Assembly (NCBI GenBank): GCA_963813155.1
Contig: CAWEYG010000003.1
Span: 576,001 to 640,000 of the forward strand
Reading direction: 5' to 3'
DNA from: an uncultured Acidobacteriota bacterium
GTDB taxonomy: Bacteria; Acidobacteriota; Thermoanaerobaculia; UBA5066; DATFVB01
DNA length: 64,000 nt
In this document: positions 49,985 to 61,804 of the stretch, one piece after another
Numbering within the stretch: the first letter of the stretch is position 1
Layout: each line of letters opens with the position of its first letter
The notes under the pieces: generated by a model
Databases searched by the model: none
Told to the model about the DNA's origin: nothing
Seen by the model: the letters and a program-made list of their open reading frames with translations, nothing else
Position numbers and translations under genes: made by a program

Positions 49985-51219
49985 ACGCACGCTGGCTTTC
50001 CGGTCTCGTCTTCGCAACGGCCTCGATCGCGGGCGCCGAGTCGCTCGCCGTTCCCGTCCCCCCTGCCGCGGACGTGCGGCAGATCGATTCGGAGCTCGTC
50101 GCGTGCGGCACCCGGCATTCCCTTTCCTCGTGGACCGATCCGAAGCGCGGGATCGGGTGCGCGCGCGACAAGATCGCCGGCTTCGATCAGCGGGTAGCCG
50201 CCGGCCGGGCGGGATCCTCGATCGTCATCGACCGGTTCGAAGCGTCCTCCGAGCGAACCCACGGCGCCGCTCCGCTGCAGAACGTGTATCTCGTTTCGGA
50301 AGGCTCCGATCCGCTCCTTCGAAAGATCGCGTTCCTGGTCTCGGGCCATTTCGACTCGATGTGCTCCGATTTCATGAGCGCCGAGTGCGACGCTCCGGGC
50401 GCCGACGACGACGCATCCGGCACGACCGTTTCGCTGGAGTCGGCGCTCCTCCTCGCGGGAATGCCGCACCGCGCCACGATCGTGTTCGCGGCGGTCTCGG
50501 GGGAAGAACAGGGGCTCCTCGGCGGCAAGAGACTCCTGGAATGGACGAAGGCGCAGGGCTACACCGTCGGGGGAATGCTCAACAACGACATCGTCGGCGC
50601 GACGAACGGCGCCCCGGACCGCCGGCCGCGGCTGTTCAGCGACACGGACGGTTTTTCGCCGTCGAGGGAGCTCGGCCTCTGGATCGACGAATTCGTGGGC
50701 GGCGTGCGCCTCGTGTTTCGAAAGGATCGCTTCGGGCGCGGCGGGGACCACCTGCCGTTCGTGGAGGCGGGCCTCCCGGCCGTGCGATTCTGCGAGCCGC
50801 AGGAAGACTACCGGCACCAGCACCAGACCCCCCGCACCGAGAAGGGCGTGGAATACGGCGATCTCCAGAAGTTCATGGACTTCGACTCGCTCGCCTCGGT
50901 CGCGCAAAAGAACGCGGAATCCCTGTGGAAGCTCGCGAACGCGCCGCTTCCCCCGTCGGGCGTCGAGGTGGAAGGGGCCGTCCGGCCCGTCGCGACGGTG
51001 ACGTTCGCTGCCCCCGACGACCCGGGGCGCGACGGCTTCGAGATTCTCTATCGGGAGACGACCGAGGCGCGATGGAAGGTGCTGCAACCGGCCGCGGCGC
51101 CGGGATCGGTCGAAACCAAAATCCCGATCGACAACGTCTTCTTCGCGGTGCGATCGGTCGGCAAGAACGGGATTCGGTCGATCGCGGTCGACGCGCAGCC
51201 GATAGTCAAGAGAAAATAG
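49981..51219 (+). CDS. M28 family metallopeptidase
   Basis: SGHFDS, PGADDDASG, GEEQGLLG, NNDIVG, RGGDH. Confidence 0.92.
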   Translation: MNARWLSGLVFATASIAGAESLAVPVPPAADVRQIDSELVACGTRHSLSSWTDPKRGIGCARDKIAGFDQRVAAGRAGSSIVIDRFEASSERTHGAAPLQNVYLVSEGSDPLLRKIAFLVSGHFDSMCSDFMSAECDAPGADDDASGTTVSLESALLLAGMPHRATIVFAAVSGEEQGLLGGKRLLEWTKAQGYTVGGMLNNDIVGATNGAPDRRPRLFSDTDGFSPSRELGLWIDEFVGGVRLVFRKDRFGRGGDHLPFVEAGLPAVRFCEPQEDYRHQHQTPRTEKGVEYGDLQKFMDFDSLASVAQKNAESLWKLANAPLPPSGVEVEGAVRPVATVTFAAPDDPGRDGFEILYRETTEARWKVLQPAAAPGSVETKIPIDNVFFAVRSVGKNGIRSIAVDAQPIVKRK

Positions 51220-51225
51220 AGCGGC

Positions 51226-51342
51226 GCTCGGGTCGGGGCCAACGCGCCGGCGCAGGCTGGTCTCTGAGATCCCGAGGGAAAGCGAACTGCGGCCGAGGGT
51301 CGAAGAGACTTGCCGAGACCGGCGCTGGGGCTTGACCCGAGC
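51226..51342. other. 117-nt imperfect long hairpin filling a convergent intergenic space
   Basis: GCTCGGGTC/GACCCGAGC, GCGCCGG/CCGGCGC and GTCTCT/AGAGAC nested complementary blocks. Confidence 0.7.
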
Positions 51343-51605
51343 TACTCCCCCGCCTTCGAGTACGGCAGCTCTTCGTGCCGTTTCGTCGAGTTGTCGAGGT
51401 GTTTCGGCACTTCGACGATCGTTCGCGTCACGTTGGGGTCGCAGTTCGGCGACGTGTCCCAATCGCACTCGTACGTGTAGACGTTCTTGTCGCCCGCTTT
51501 CTTGAATTCGATCACGGTCTGGTAGCGGTCGCAATTTCCGCATTTGACCGACATCATGAAGATGTCGATCACGTGCAACTCGGGGTTTTCCTGAATTTCG
51601 TCCAT
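51342..51605 (-). CDS. Small putative zinc-binding protein
   Basis: 87 aa, CGNC...C-X7-C, host-like codon usage. Confidence 0.7.
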   Translation of the reverse strand: MDEIQENPELHVIDIFMMSVKCGNCDRYQTVIEFKKAGDKNVYTYECDWDTSPNCDPNVTRTIVEVPKHLDNSTKRHEELPYSKAGE

Positions 51606-51682
51606 AGCCCGATTATCGTCTTTTTTCTTCTCGGCCGACCCGATAGCTCGATAGACTGAGCGCTCAAGAAAGGAGTCGTGAG

Positions 51683-52126
51683 ATGAAAAAGCTGATTGCC
51701 CTGCTAGTTGGCGCCGCGGTGACGACCTCCGCGTTCGCCGCATCGACGGAAAAGACGATCCCGGTGCCCAAGCGCGATCAGGACGTGACGATTAACTTCA
51801 GCTCCGAGGGCGCGAAGATCGAGAGCGTCCGAATTCAGAACTACCCCGACTCGGACGATGTTGAAAAGGCCAGAACCAAGGATCCCAAAGACACGAAGTT
51901 GACGTTTTGGAATTTTTCCGTTTCCAATCGATCCGAAAAAAAGGTCAAAATGAAGATCGAGTTCGAGATCATTGGAAAAGACGGCGAATCGGTCGGCCAC
52001 TTCGACAAGAAGGACACCGTCGACGCGGGCAAGACCGACGACAACATCCGGGTGTGGGTCCACATGAAGACTCTCGACATCATCTCCGCGAAGAGCGCGA
52101 AGCTTCACCTCTCGATCGAGCCCTAG
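51683..52126 (+). CDS. Hypothetical secreted protein
   Basis: AAGGAG RBS, MKKLIALLVGAAVTTSAFA signal peptide. Confidence 0.85.
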   Translation: MKKLIALLVGAAVTTSAFAASTEKTIPVPKRDQDVTINFSSEGAKIESVRIQNYPDSDDVEKARTKDPKDTKLTFWNFSVSNRSEKKVKMKIEFEIIGKDGESVGHFDKKDTVDAGKTDDNIRVWVHMKTLDIISAKSAKLHLSIEP

Positions 52127-52141
52127 CCCGCGACCCGGCCC

Positions 52142-54272
52142 TCAGGGAGCCGAAGGAGGAGGAGGCTCCTCCTTCGGTTTTTTCTCCTTCTTGTCCTTGT
52201 TCTTATCCTTGTTGTCCTTGTTGTCCTTGTCTTTCGGATTGTCCTTCCCCTTGTTCGGGCCCTGGCCCTTGTCCGGCTGCGCGCGTTTCGCGTCGCCCCT
52301 GTCCGGCGGCCCGGGATGCGCTTGCGGGGGCGCCGGCGGAGGACGGAGCCTGCGCATCCGGCGCGGCAGCCGGCGGGGGCGGGTTCCGGCGGAACTCCGG
52401 CCGCGGGGGCGGCGGAGTCTGCTCGGGCGGAGGAGGAGGCGGAGGGCTCTGGCGCGTTCTCCAACCCTCGTCGCGGCGGTCCGTGGGCTCCGCCGGCGGA
52501 GCGGGAGGCGGAGGCGAGACCCGGCGCTCGAGCGTCCTCGGCGCCGCCCCCTCGGGCGGCGGCAGTGGCGCGTCCCTCGGGGTCACGACCGCGCCCGGCG
52601 CGATCCGCGCCGGTCCCGGACCTCCCGGCGACGCGGCGGGCGCGGACACGATCGGATTCTGCAGGGTCGAGAGAGGCCGCCCCCGATGTTCCATCACCGG
52701 AGCGGCTTTCGGCGCCGCGCTCTGGGCGTTTTTGGGTTGGAACGTCGTGCGTCCCGCGTCGACGACGACCGGCCGAACGGGGGACACGGCGCGGGCCCCC
52801 CCGCGCGCCGCGATCGAAAGCTGCGCTGCCGCGGAGGCCGACACCGGCGCCCCCCGACTTTCCCGGATCGCGGCCAGCTTTTCCTGAAACCGGGCGGGCG
52901 CCGGAGGCGGAGCCACGCGCGTCACGACCGGCCTCACGGCGATCGAGACGGGCGGTCGAACGGCGGCGCCCGCGATGCGCGCCGAAACACGGAGCGACCC
53001 CGCCGTCGGAAGGACGGGAATCGGTCCCCGAATCACGGGGGCGGCGGCGACCTGCCGGATGATCTGCGGATCGCGCACGGCTCCCGCCGCGACAACGCCG
53101 CCCGAGACGAACGTGTTCTCGTTGACGACCGTCACGTAAGACCGGTTCGCAAATCGGAAGTTCCCCACGTCGGCGCGGGCGCGGGCGCGCGATCCCCACC
53201 AGGGATCGAACGGATCGCGGGGACCGAGCGGAAACCACCCCACGTACCCGTTGCCGCCCGCAGCAAGCGAAAGCGACCATCCCGGCCCCCCGCCGACGAA
53301 CGCCACGAGGGCCGGCGAGTATTGCACCGCGACGGAAGGCCCCACGGGCACCCAGTACCAGCGTGACGAGGAGACCACCCATCTTCCGTAGTGGTACGGC
53401 GCCCAACCCCAGGGCTCGTCGCCGATCCAGGTCCAGCCCCAGGGGTCTTCCCAGATCCAGCGGCCCGCTTGATAGGGCTGCCAGCCGACGTCGACGCGGG
53501 ACGGGGTCCAGCAACGGCCGTAGGCGGGGACGTCCACCCAGCGGCCGTACTCTTCGAGGTCGTCGATTCCCCCGATGTTGAAATTCACGTTTCGATAGGA
53601 CGTCACCCGGCTGAACCGGCTCTCCCGGCTCACCACCCAGCTGTCCCAGGAATCTCTCGCGTCCAGCCGCCCGACGTCGTACTGCGGGTTGTCGATCCCG
53701 TCGATCCACATCTGCTCGCCCGCCCGAAGCGGCACCTCTCCGCCCGAGGCGGCCACGGTCGCCTCGCCCTGCAAGCACGACACGCGGGTGTTGCCGTTCG
53801 CGTCCACGTCGATTCGATAGTCGCCCGGGCGTTCGAACGTGACGGCGACGTTCGGCGTGTCGACTTCGAAGGTTTCGTTCTCGTCCAGGCGGCGCAGCTG
53901 AACCGACGCCGTGCCCGCGGTCAGGGAGAATTGCCTCGTGTCCTCGGTCAGGTTCAGGGCCGCGAGGTCGGTCCGCGCCGCGAGGCGGACGAACTCGCCT
54001 CCCTGGATCTGGAGCTCGACGCGACCGTTCTCGGGAGAGTAGATGCGGTCGCCGAGCGTGAACGGAACGTTGACCGTGGGAGATTGCCAGTCGTCGGGAT
54101 CGTCTCCCCGACTGTACGAAACGTCGCCGGAAAGGAACGAGATCCTCGCGGCGACCTGCCGGATGTCCGAATCCTGCGCCCGGGCGCCTCCGAAAGACGC
54201 GAGCAGGCAGGCAAGCCCGAGACCTGCCGTCCGCAGGCCATCTCGGAGATTTCGCGACAAGAACTGACTCAT
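52142..54272 (-). CDS. FecR-like plus DUF6600-type secreted protein with Pro/Lys-rich tail (probable frameshift near 52350)
   Basis: ARISFLSGDVS, FEVDTPN, DLEEYGRW, WQPYQAGRW, EPWGWAPYHYGRW. Confidence 0.85.
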
Positions 54273-54371
54273 GGGACTCCTCCTTTGGACTCTTCTAACC
54301 GGGAACAGAGCGAAGCCCGTGCCAATTCTACGGCTCTCCGAAACCCCGCGCCCTTGGCGTATGCTTCGGCC

Positions 54372-54989
54372 GTGCGAAGCCTCCTCCGCCTCTGGCCGAT
54401 CGCGCCGGCGATTCTCGTGGCCGCGGCCGCGGGATGCAGGCGAACGCCCCGGCGGGAAATCGAGGAGGCGAAATCCAACCTCGCGGCCGCCCTCCAGGCG
54501 CAGGCGCAGGTCTACGCCCCCGCCTCCTTTCAGGAAGCCCGACGGGCGCTCGAAGGAGCGCAAAAGCTTGCCCACGAAGGACGTTACGCGGATGCGAAGA
54601 CGCTCGCGCTCGAGTCCTCGAGCCGCGCGAAAGGCGCCGCCGGGATCTCGGCGGACAATCGCCGGAAGATGTTGGCCGCCCTTCAGGCGAAGGTGGCGGC
54701 GACCGATCGGGAGCTCCAGGACGCCTCCGATGAGGAAAAGATCGCGGAAGCGCGCGGGGTCGAAGCCGACTCCCGCCAGCTCTTCGCGGCGGAGACGCTC
54801 GAAGCGACCGCGAAACAGCAGGAGGCGCACCGCCGGCTCGCCGCGCAGGACCTCGCCGAGGGGAAGAAATGGGCCGACGACGCGGACGTCGCCGCCGCCG
54901 CCCTGCTCCGCGACATTCGATTCGCCGTCGCGCGAAAGCAGAGCGAGCCGGCGCCGCGAAAGAAGACGGCCCGCAAAAAATCGCCTTGA
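54372..54989 (+). CDS. Alpha-helical lipoprotein (DUF4398-like)
   Basis: AAAGC lipobox; AQVYAPASFQEARRAL. Confidence 0.7.
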   Translation: MRSLLRLWPIAPAILVAAAAGCRRTPRREIEEAKSNLAAALQAQAQVYAPASFQEARRALEGAQKLAHEGRYADAKTLALESSSRAKGAAGISADNRRKMLAALQAKVAATDRELQDASDEEKIAEARGVEADSRQLFAAETLEATAKQQEAHRRLAAQDLAEGKKWADDADVAAAALLRDIRFAVARKQSEPAPRKKTARKKSP

Positions 54990-55891
54990 ACGGCAAGCCC
55001 CGCTACCGGGTGACATCGCCGGCGCTGCTCGAAATCGCCGGAAAGGACCGCGAGGGATTTCTCCAGGGACAGTGCACGAACGACGTCCTCCGTCTCGCGC
55101 CCGGGGCAGTCGCCCGCGCCGCCGCGCTCACACCGAAGGGAAAGCTCCTCGCGGAGTTCCGGATCGCCCGTCTCGACCCGCTGCGGATCCTGACCTCGCC
55201 GTCGCGGGACGAGGCGCTGGCCACGCACTTCCGAAAATACGCGGTCTTCCAGGACGTGAGGATCGAAAACGTCGCGAGCTCGTACGCTCTCGTGGAGTTC
55301 TTCGGCGGGGGCGAGCCGCGGCCGGAATCTCCTCCCGGCGAAGTCCTTTCGTGGAGGTTCGCGGATCGCTCCGTCCAGATATGGCCGGCGTTCTTCGAAA
55401 CGACGTCTTCCTGGCTGGTTTCCCGCGAGGACGTCGAGGCCGTCGAGGCGGCGCTCTCGGAGTCCGGGCAGCGGATCTCCGCCGAGGCGGCGGAAGCTCT
55501 TCGGATCGAAGCCGGAAGGCCGGAGTACGGAAAGGACATGGACGATTCCAACCTCCCGGACGAAGTCGGGATGGACGACGCGATCTCGACGGCGAAGGGC
55601 TGCTACGTCGGCCAGGAGATCGTCGCGAGGCTTCGAACGTACGGCCGCGTGAACAAGAGGCTCGTCGGATGGTCGTTCTCGGAAGGGTGGCTTCCTCCTC
55701 CCGGGACCGCGCTGTTCCGTCCCGGCCAGCCCGAAAAGGAGCTCGGAAGGGTGACGTCGTCGGCCGACTCCGTCCGGCTCGGAGGCATCGGCCTCGGCTA
55801 CGCGCTGCGCGACGTCGCCGAAGGTGAAATCCTCTGTCTCCCGGACGACGAGTCGAAGACCGCCCGCGTCGAGCCCAAGACCCGCTCGTGA
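54986..55891 (+). CDS. ygfZ: Folate-binding protein YgfZ (GcvT-like)
   Basis: FLQGQCTND, LTPKGK, KGCYVGQEIVAR. Confidence 0.93.
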   Translation: MNGKPRYRVTSPALLEIAGKDREGFLQGQCTNDVLRLAPGAVARAAALTPKGKLLAEFRIARLDPLRILTSPSRDEALATHFRKYAVFQDVRIENVASSYALVEFFGGGEPRPESPPGEVLSWRFADRSVQIWPAFFETTSSWLVSREDVEAVEAALSESGQRISAEAAEALRIEAGRPEYGKDMDDSNLPDEVGMDDAISTAKGCYVGQEIVARLRTYGRVNKRLVGWSFSEGWLPPPGTALFRPGQPEKELGRVTSSADSVRLGGIGLGYALRDVAEGEILCLPDDESKTARVEPKTRS

Positions 55892-56784
55892 AGAGCCGCG
55901 ACTCCGAGCTCGCGATCTTCGGCGCGCTCTTCTGCGCCCAGCTCTTCCTCGGAGCGTTTCCCGTCGTCGGCAAGGTCGCACTCGCCTCGATCCCTCCCCT
56001 GCCGTTCGCGTTCTTCCGGATCGCCGGAGCCTCGATCCTCCTCGCGGCCGTCGCCCGGTTCCGGCCGCGCGAAGAGATCGATCCCGAAGACCGCCCGCGT
56101 CTCTGGCTGCTCTCGTTTCTCGGCGTCTCGGTCAACCAGATCCTCTACATCACGGGCCTCTCGCTCTCGACGGCGATCAACGCCGCGATCCTCATGACGA
56201 TGATCCCGGTGCTCACCCTCGCGTTCGCGATCCTGGCCCGCCGCGAAGCCGCGAGCACCCGAAAGCTCGCGGGCTGCGCGCTCGCGCTCGCCGGCGCCTA
56301 CGTGCTGGTCGGAATCGGCCGCTTCGACTGGAGAAGCGACCTGTTCCTCGGCGATGTTCTGCTTCTCACCAACGCGGGGTGCTATTCCGCGTACCTCGTC
56401 CTCTCGCGCGACATTCTCCGGAAATACACGGCCACGACGTTCATTCGGACGACGTTCGTCATGGGAACGCTTCCGGTCCTGCTGTTCGCCGCCCTGCCGA
56501 TCGCGAAAATGAATTTCGCCCGGGTCCCCCTCGTCGCCTGGCTCTGCCTCGCCGCCGTGATCGTCTTTGCCTCCGTCCTCGCCTACATCCTCAACGGCTG
56601 GGCGCTCGCCCGCACCCACGCCTCCCACGTCGCGATGTTCGTGGCCCTCCAGCCGGCGGTCGCGGCGTCTCTCGCGATCGCGTGGCTCGGCGAGATCCCG
56701 GGGCTCAAGACGGTCCTTTCCGCGGCGCTCATCCTCGCGGGGCTCTTCGTCTCGCGCGCGCCGCTGCCGCGCAGAAGCGTGTAA
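55888..56784 (+). CDS. DMT/EamA family transporter
   Basis: About 10 hydrophobic helices, two EamA-like repeats. Confidence 0.9.
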   Translation: MKSRDSELAIFGALFCAQLFLGAFPVVGKVALASIPPLPFAFFRIAGASILLAAVARFRPREEIDPEDRPRLWLLSFLGVSVNQILYITGLSLSTAINAAILMTMIPVLTLAFAILARREAASTRKLAGCALALAGAYVLVGIGRFDWRSDLFLGDVLLLTNAGCYSAYLVLSRDILRKYTATTFIRTTFVMGTLPVLLFAALPIAKMNFARVPLVAWLCLAAVIVFASVLAYILNGWALARTHASHVAMFVALQPAVAASLAIAWLGEIPGLKTVLSAALILAGLFVSRAPLPRRSV

Positions 56785-56862
56785 GGGACGAACCACTTCC
56801 CCAGTCCACTTTCCTCGAAATGGCTCTGGCGGGGAATCGGCCGTTCCGTCTATCCTCCGCCC

Positions 56863-58874
56863 ATGCAGAAAGTCGCCAGCGCGTGCCCGCTCGATTGCCC
56901 GGACGCCTGCAGCCTCGAGGTCGGGGTCGAGAACGGCCGCGTCGTCTCGATCGGCGGAAGCCACGTGAATCCGGTGACGAACGGCTACATCTGCGCGAAG
57001 GTCCGCCGCTTCCCGGAGCACCTGTACGGCCCGGATCGGCTGCTTTCCCCGGGGATCCGAATCGGCCGAAAGGGAGAGGGCCGGTTCCGGGACGTCACCT
57101 GGGACGAAGCGCTCGCATCGGTCTCGTCGCGAATGCTCGAAATCCGGGACGAGTTCGGCGGCGAGGCGATTCTTCCCTACTCCTACGGCGGATCGAACGG
57201 CCTGCTGACCCAGGACACCACGGACGCCCGGCTCTTCCGGCGGCTCGGGGCGTCCCGCCTCGCCCGCACGGTCTGCGCTGCCCCCTCGGGTGCCGCCGCG
57301 ATGGGCCTCTACGGCAAGATGGCGGGCGTCGCGATCGCCGACTACGCGCACGCGAACCTGATCGTCCTGTGGGGGGTGAATCCCTCGACGTCGGGCATCC
57401 ACCTCGTCCCGTACATCTACGAAGCGCAGAAGAAGGGGGCGAAGCTCGTCGTGATCGACCCCCGATCGACTTCGCTTTCGGCGCGCGCGGACCTTCATCT
57501 CCCGCTCCGCCCGGGGACCGACCTTCCGGTCGCGCTCGCGATCGCGAAATGGCTCTTTGCGTCGGGGAAGGCCGACGAGAAGTTCCTTCGCGAGCACACG
57601 ACCGGCTCGGATCGGCTGCGCGCCGCGGCCGAACCGTGGACCCTCGAGCGGGCCGCGGAAGTCGCCGGGATCCCGGCGCGCGACCTCGAGGAATTCGCGC
57701 GGTTGTACGCGGACAGCTCCCCCGCGGCGATCCGCTGCGGGTGGGGGCTCGAGCGGAACCGCAACGGGGGCTCCGCGATCGCGGCCGTGCTCGCGCTGCC
57801 GGCCGTCGCGGGAAAATTCGGGGTCCGGGGCGGGGGCTACACGATGAGCAACTCCGGCGCCTGGAAGCTCGACTCGCTCGCCGCCGCGCGCGAGCCCGAG
57901 GCCCCGACGCGGCTCGTCAACATGAACCTGCTGGGATCGGCCCTCCTCGACTTCGATTCGCCGCCGGTGAAATGCCTGTTCGTCTACAACTCCAACGCGC
58001 TCGCGACGACCCCGCGTCAGCAGAAAGTGCGCGAGGGCCTCGAGCGGGAGGATCTTTTCACCGTCGTGTTCGATTCCGTGATGACCGATACGGCGCGGTA
58101 TGCCGACGTCGTGCTTCCCGCGACGGCGTTTCTGGAGCACCACGAGTTGTCGCGCGGCTACGGGGCCTACAGCCTGTTCGAGTCGGCGCCGGTCGCCGCT
58201 CCCGCCGGGGAATCCCGGCCAAATCCGGAAGTCTTCGCCGAGCTCTGCCGCCGAACGGGCGTCGCCCGCCCGGACGAGCCGGAAAGGGCCGCCGACCTCG
58301 CCACGGCGATCCTCGGAGCGCATCCCAACGGGCGGGCATTCCGCGAGGCGATCGCCCGGGACGGCTGCGCGGCCCCCGCGTTCGGCCCCTCGCCGATCCA
58401 GTTCGTCGACGTGTTCCCGAACACGCCCGACCGGAAAGGCCCACCTCTTCCCGGAAGAGCTCGACCGCGAAGCCCGGTCCGGCCTCTACGCGTACGGAGA
58501 GGACCCCGGCACCCGCGAATTCCCGCTCGCGCTCATCTCCCCCGCCTCCGACAAGACGATCAGCTCGACGCTCGGAGAGCTGGACGATTCTCCGGCGGCG
58601 ATCGAGATCCACCCCGACGACGCTCGCGCCCGCGGACTGAGCGAGGAAAAGCCCGTCCGCGTGTACAACGAGCCTCGGCGAGGTGCGCTGCTTCGTTCGG
58701 ATCACGCCGGACGTCCGCCCCGGAGTCGTCCACCTGCCGAAGGGTCTCTGGGCCCGGCACACGCTCAACGGCGCGACCGCGTCCGCGCTCGCGCCCGACA
58801 GCCTCGCCGACCTCGGCGGCGGAGCGTGCTTCAACGACGCGCGGGTCGAGGTGGAACCCCTGGTCTCGTCATAG
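56863..58874 (+). CDS. Molybdopterin-dependent oxidoreductase (frameshifts near 58440 and 58670)
   Basis: CPLDCPDAC, ICAK, ADVVLPAT, IHPDDA, LADLGGGACFND. Confidence 0.9.
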
Positions 58875-58896
58875 AATCGCGGCGGAGGAACGCCGA

Positions 58897-60610
58897 ATGT
58901 ACAAGCTCTTCCCCGCCGTTCTCCTGCTCGCCGCCGCCGGCTCCGCCGCGGAGGCTCCGAAAGCTCCCGACGCCGCCGCGCTCACACGGATGGCGGCTCG
59001 ACTCACGCCGACCGAACTGAAGGTCCCGATCGCGGGCCTGTCCGCCGGAGATCGCAAGGCCCTCGGCGATCTCGTCCGCGCCGCGCGAATCGTCAACGAC
59101 ATCTTCCTCGACCAGATGTGGAAGGGAAACCGCGCGCTCGCCGCGAAACTCCGCGCCGACCGCTCTCCCCTCGGGCGCGCGCGGTTCCACTACTTCTGGA
59201 TCAACAAGTCTCCCTGGAGCGAGATCGACGGCTACACCGCGTTTCTTCCGGGCGTCCCCGCGAAGAAGCCGGCCGGCGCGAATTTCTATCCGGAGGACCT
59301 GACGAAAGAACAGTTCGAAACCTGGTATCGCTCCCTCTCGCCCGCCGAAAAGGAGCAGGCTTCGGGGTTCTACTCCGTCATCCGCCGCGAATCCGGCGGA
59401 AAGCTTCGCTCCGTGCCGTTCAGCGAGGCCTACAAGGGCCGACCTCGAGCGGGCGGCCCGGCTGCTCCGAAGCGCGGCGGCGGCGACCGACAACGCGACG
59501 CTGAAGAAATTTCTCGAGCTTCGCGCGGCCGCCTTTCTCTCGAACGATTACTTCGACAGCGACATCGCCTGGATGGACCTCGACGCGCCGATCGACGTCA
59601 CGATCGGCCCGTACGAGACGTACAACGACGGCCTCTTCGGCTACAAGGCCGCGTTCGAGGCCTACGTCAGCGTCCGGGACGACGCCGAAACGAAGAAGCT
59701 CGAATTCTTCTCTCACCACCTCCAGGACGTCGAAGACAATCTCCCCGAGGACCCAAAGTACCGGGTGAAGAAGCTCGGCGCGGCTTCTCCGATTCGCGTC
59801 GTCAACGAAGTTTTCGGCGCCGGAGACGGAAGCCACGGAATCCAGACGGTCGCCTACAACCTGCCCAACGACGATCGGGTCGTCCAGCAGAAGGGCGCCA
59901 AGCGGATCATGATGAAGAACATCAACGAGGCGAAGTTCCAGAAGATCCTTCTTCCGATCTCGAAGGCCGTGCTTTCCCCCGAGGATCAGAAGGACGTCGA
60001 GTTCGAGTCGTTCTTCTCCTGGATCCTCTCCCACGAGCTGTCCCACGGCATCGGCCCGCACCAGATCGAGATCGCGGGAAAAGAGACGAACCCGCGGCTC
60101 GAGCTCAAGGATCTCTACGGGGCGATCGAAGAAGCGAAAGCGGATGTCACCGGAATGTTCCTGCTGCAGTTTCTGATGGACCAGAAGGCGATCCCGGGCG
60201 GTCCCGACGCGGAGCGGAAGCTCTACACGACCGTCCTCGCGTCGGCGTTCCGGACTCTCCATTTCGGACTCCAGGACGCGCACGCCCGCGGTCAGGCCGT
60301 CCAGGTGAACTACCTTCTCGACAAGGGGGGCTACGTCGCCCATCCGGACGGCACGTTCTCCGTGGACTTCACGAAGATCAAGTCGGCCGTCGCGGACCTC
60401 GATCGGGAGTTCCTGACGCTCGAGGCGACAGGCGATTACGCCGGCACGCAGAAGATGATGACGGATCTCGCCGTCCTTCGGCCCGAGGTCCAGAAGGCGC
60501 TCGACAGGCTCGGGAACGTCGCGACCGACATCGAGCCGGTTTTCGTCACCGCGGACTCCGTCGCGCCGGCGCCGGGCGCTTCCCCGAAGAAGGCTTCGAA
60601 ACCTCATTGA
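58897..60610 (+). CDS. Secreted M49/DPP III-like zinc peptidase (frameshift near 59440)
   Basis: Signal peptide, GANFYPED, IGPYETYND, AYNLPND, HELSHGIGP, EEAKAD. Confidence 0.88.
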
Positions 60611-61804
60611 TGGCGACACCGGCCCGGGAGGTCCCCGCCGTCGCCGCGACAAGGTCCCGGATCGACTCGGTCGACGTCCTGCGCGGTCTCGTCATGGTCG
60701 TCATGGCTCTCGACCACACGCGCGACTACTTTTCCAACGCCCGCTTCGACCCGCTGGATCTCACGCAGACGAACGCCGCGCTCTACTTCACGCGCTGGAT
60801 CACGCACTTCTGCGCGCCGGTCTTCGTCTTTCTCGCCGGCACGGGCGCCTTCCTCTCGCTCTCGCGCGGCCGGTCGAAGAAGGATCTCTCGAGGTTTCTC
60901 TGGACGCGGGGACTCTGGCTCGTGATCGTCGAGGTGACTCTCGTCACCTTCGGATGGTCTTTCGACTTCGGCTTCCACGACATCGTTCTCCAGGTGATCT
61001 GGGCGATCGGGTGGTCGATGGTCGCCCTCGCGTTCCTGATCCGGCTTCCGACGGCCGCCGTCGGAGCCTTCGGCGTCGTCATGATCGCGTCCCACAACCT
61101 CCTCGACACGATCCCACCGGAGCGGTTCGGCGCGTACGCCTGGTTGTGGGACATCCTGCACGTCTCCCGCTGGGCCCCGATCGCGCAGGACGGCACGCAT
61201 TCGTTCACGCTCGTCTATCCCCTCATCCCCTGGGTCGGAGTCATGGCGGCCGGCTATGCCCTCGGCCCGGTCTTCTCGCTCCCGGCCGGCCGGCGGCGGC
61301 GCACGCTGCTGCTGCTCGGGATCGCCCTTACGGCCGTGTTCGTCCTGCTCCGCTGGACGAATCTCTACGGCGACCCCCGGCCCTGGACCGTCGCAGAAGA
61401 ACGGCCTGTTCACGGTGCTGTCGTTCCTGAACTGCGAGAAGTATCCGCCGTCGCTCCTCTACCTCCTGATGACGCTGGGACCGGCGCTCGCGCTCCTGGC
61501 TCTCCTCGACCGCCCGGCCGGGCCGATCGCCTCGAAGATCCGCGTCTTCGGGCGCGTTCCCTTTTTCTACTACGTCCTGCACATCCCGCTGGTCCACGCG
61601 ATGGCGATCGTGTTTGGCCTGATTCGCTACGGCCCGGCGATCTTCACCTGGAGCCGGACGAATCCTCCTCCGGTGGACGCCGGATTGGGGCTCCCCGGCG
61701 TGTATGCGATGTGGCTGCTCGCCGTGCTGATCCTGTATTTCCCGTGCCGGTGGTTCGCCGGCCTGAAGTCCCGGCGGCGGGACGTCTGGCTGAGCTACCT
61801 GTAA
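60610..61804 (+). CDS. DUF1624 / HGSNAT-like membrane acyltransferase (frameshift near 61392)
   Basis: RIDSVDVLRGLVMVVMALDHTRD, RWITHFCAP, KYPPSL, FGRVPFFYY. Confidence 0.9.

Noticed and set aside
52170-52255. CCTTGTT(G/C)T tandem repeats
   Set aside because: They encode the low-complexity KDNKD tail of the DUF6600 protein
56795-56840. Hairpin upstream of the molybdopterin oxidoreductase as a Moco riboswitch
   Set aside because: The intergenic space is under 80 nt and shows only one imperfect stem
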